A DNA stretch of 64,000 bases from Marsupella aquatica (taxonomy: Eukaryota; Plantae; Marchantiophyta), in contig OZ316893.1 in the NCBI GenBank assembly GCA_973895155.1, forward strand, positions 21,932,955 to 21,996,954, in the 5' to 3' direction. Under the pieces are notes generated by a model that was not told where the DNA came from, did not search any database, and saw nothing but the letters and a program-made list of their open reading frames with translations. The translations under genes were made by a program, and so were the position numbers. Below, in pieces: positions 62,864-64,000 of this stretch (the first letter of the stretch is position 1; each line of letters begins with the position of its first letter).

Positions 62864-63822
62864 CGCGGGTACGCAACTCTTATATAATAGACAGGGGTCT
62901 ACATTTTTATATGGACTAAAAAGTTGGCTATATATACAAAATAATTAAAATTTGAAAAAACCTGGGTTTCCCCCCGGGTATGCAACTCCCCTTTTTATAA
63001 ATCAAGTTTTTAATTCCTTATAATGACCCTATATCCTTAGACCATCTTAGATTTCATTTTAGTTTACTAAAGTCTTGTACCTCTCAACTCAAGGAATCCA
63101 AAAATGTAACTTAAAAAAAATTCCGAATATGTTTTGATGTATAAAAAGTTGATCAAAACCAAATTATATGACTTTTTTTTAATACAGGGGTCTACAGCCA
63201 AACTAGCCAGCTTTTTAGGATTTTTATTAAAATTTTAAAAATCTTTTAATAAAAACTACAACATGTATAGGAATATTTTTTAATTTCATATGGAAAAAGA
63301 GGAGAACCAAACCTTTTATATGACTTGAAAATTTTTAAAAGTGGAAAACCCAGGTTTTTTCAAATTTTAATAATTTTGTATAGCCAACTTTTTAGTCCAT
63401 ATAAAAATGTAGACCCCTGCCAATTATACAAGAGTTGCGTACCCGGGGGTTTTCCATGTTAAAAAAATTTCAAGTCATATAAAAGGTTTGGTTTTCTTCT
63501 TGTTCCATATGAAATCAAAAAAATATTCCTATACATGTTGTAATTTTTATTAAAAGATTTTAAAATTTTTAATAAAAATCCTAAAAAGCTGGCTAGTTTG
63601 GCTATAGACCCCTGTATTAAAAAAACCCATATAATTTGGTTTTGATCAACTTTTTGTACATCAAAACATGTTTGTTTGTTTTTTAAGTCATTTTTGGATT
63701 CGTTGAGTTGAGAGATACAAGACTTTAGTAGACTAAAATGAAATCTAAGATGGTCAATTCAATATAAGGCCATTATAAGGAGTTAAAACTTGCCTTATAA
63801 AAAGGGGAGTTGCATACCCGGG
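62864..63822 (+). mobile_element. MITE family C copy 2, interrupted by copy 3
   Basis: TIR cgcgggtacgcaactc / gagttgcatacccggg; perfect TSD gtgtgact at 62856-62863 and 63823-63830; colinear with copy 1 once 62973-63447 is removed. Confidence 0.92.
62973..63447 (-). mobile_element. MITE family C copy 3 (475 bp), inverted and nested in copy 2
   Basis: TIR cccgggtatgcaactc / gagttgcgtacccggg; TSD ggtttccc (62965-62972) and ggttttcc (63448-63455); body is the reverse complement of copy 1. Confidence 0.9.
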
Positions 63823-64000
63823 GTGTGACTTGGGTTAATTTTCTGGCAGAATCAAAATTAAACTGAAAATAATGACATTGTGATAAACAAAATAAATTTT
63901 CCTAGAAGGTTATCTTAATAAAATATGAGTGTTGAGCTAGATTAAGCTAGGATCACATATGGTATTCCGAACTATACAGTAAAATAACCCCCCAGGATTT

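Larger units (their letters stand above)
61955..63897. mobile_element. Older foldback (long inverted repeat) element hosting three MITE insertions
   Basis: Left arm tttatcacaatgtc..gaaaattaagcc..cagtgttgcaa..atctccttcaatgtgactttgat (61965-62100) pairs with atcaaagtaactttgaaggagat..ttgcaacact (62770-62820) and gggttaattttc..gacattgtgataaa (63832-63887). Confidence 0.6.

Overview
Eukaryotic, intron-containing land-plant DNA (gene content and a CRE-clade retroelement suggest a non-seed plant such as a bryophyte; this is inference). Five protein-coding genes can be modelled by hand: (1) a 7-exon SEN1/UPF1-like SF1 helicase (-, about 1131 aa) whose first exon encodes an unexpected ParB/sulfiredoxin-like 'SLDNRRL' domain and whose last intron is GC-AG; (2) an intronless membrane-anchored SANT/MYB protein (+); (3) an 8-exon plant coiled-coil protein (-); (4) a 6-exon membrane-anchored START-domain protein (+); (5) an intronless F-box/kelch protein (-). 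The AT-rich spacers are packed with transposon relics: a 5'-truncated L1-type LINE with a 15-bp TSD, a PIF/Harbinger transposase relic, a CRE-clade non-LTR retroelement split by two TIR insertions, a small SINE-like family, foldback elements, a very GC-rich hairpin and several tandem arrays. Six TIR insertions from three otherwise unrelated families share C(C/T)C...G(G/A)G ends and 8-bp TSDs, including a copy nested inside another copy. The best candidates for undescribed biology are the ParB-like domain-helicase fusion and this 8-bp-TSD element group. No CRISPR array, rRNA or intact tRNA was seen. All family assignments come from motif recognition; no database searches were run.
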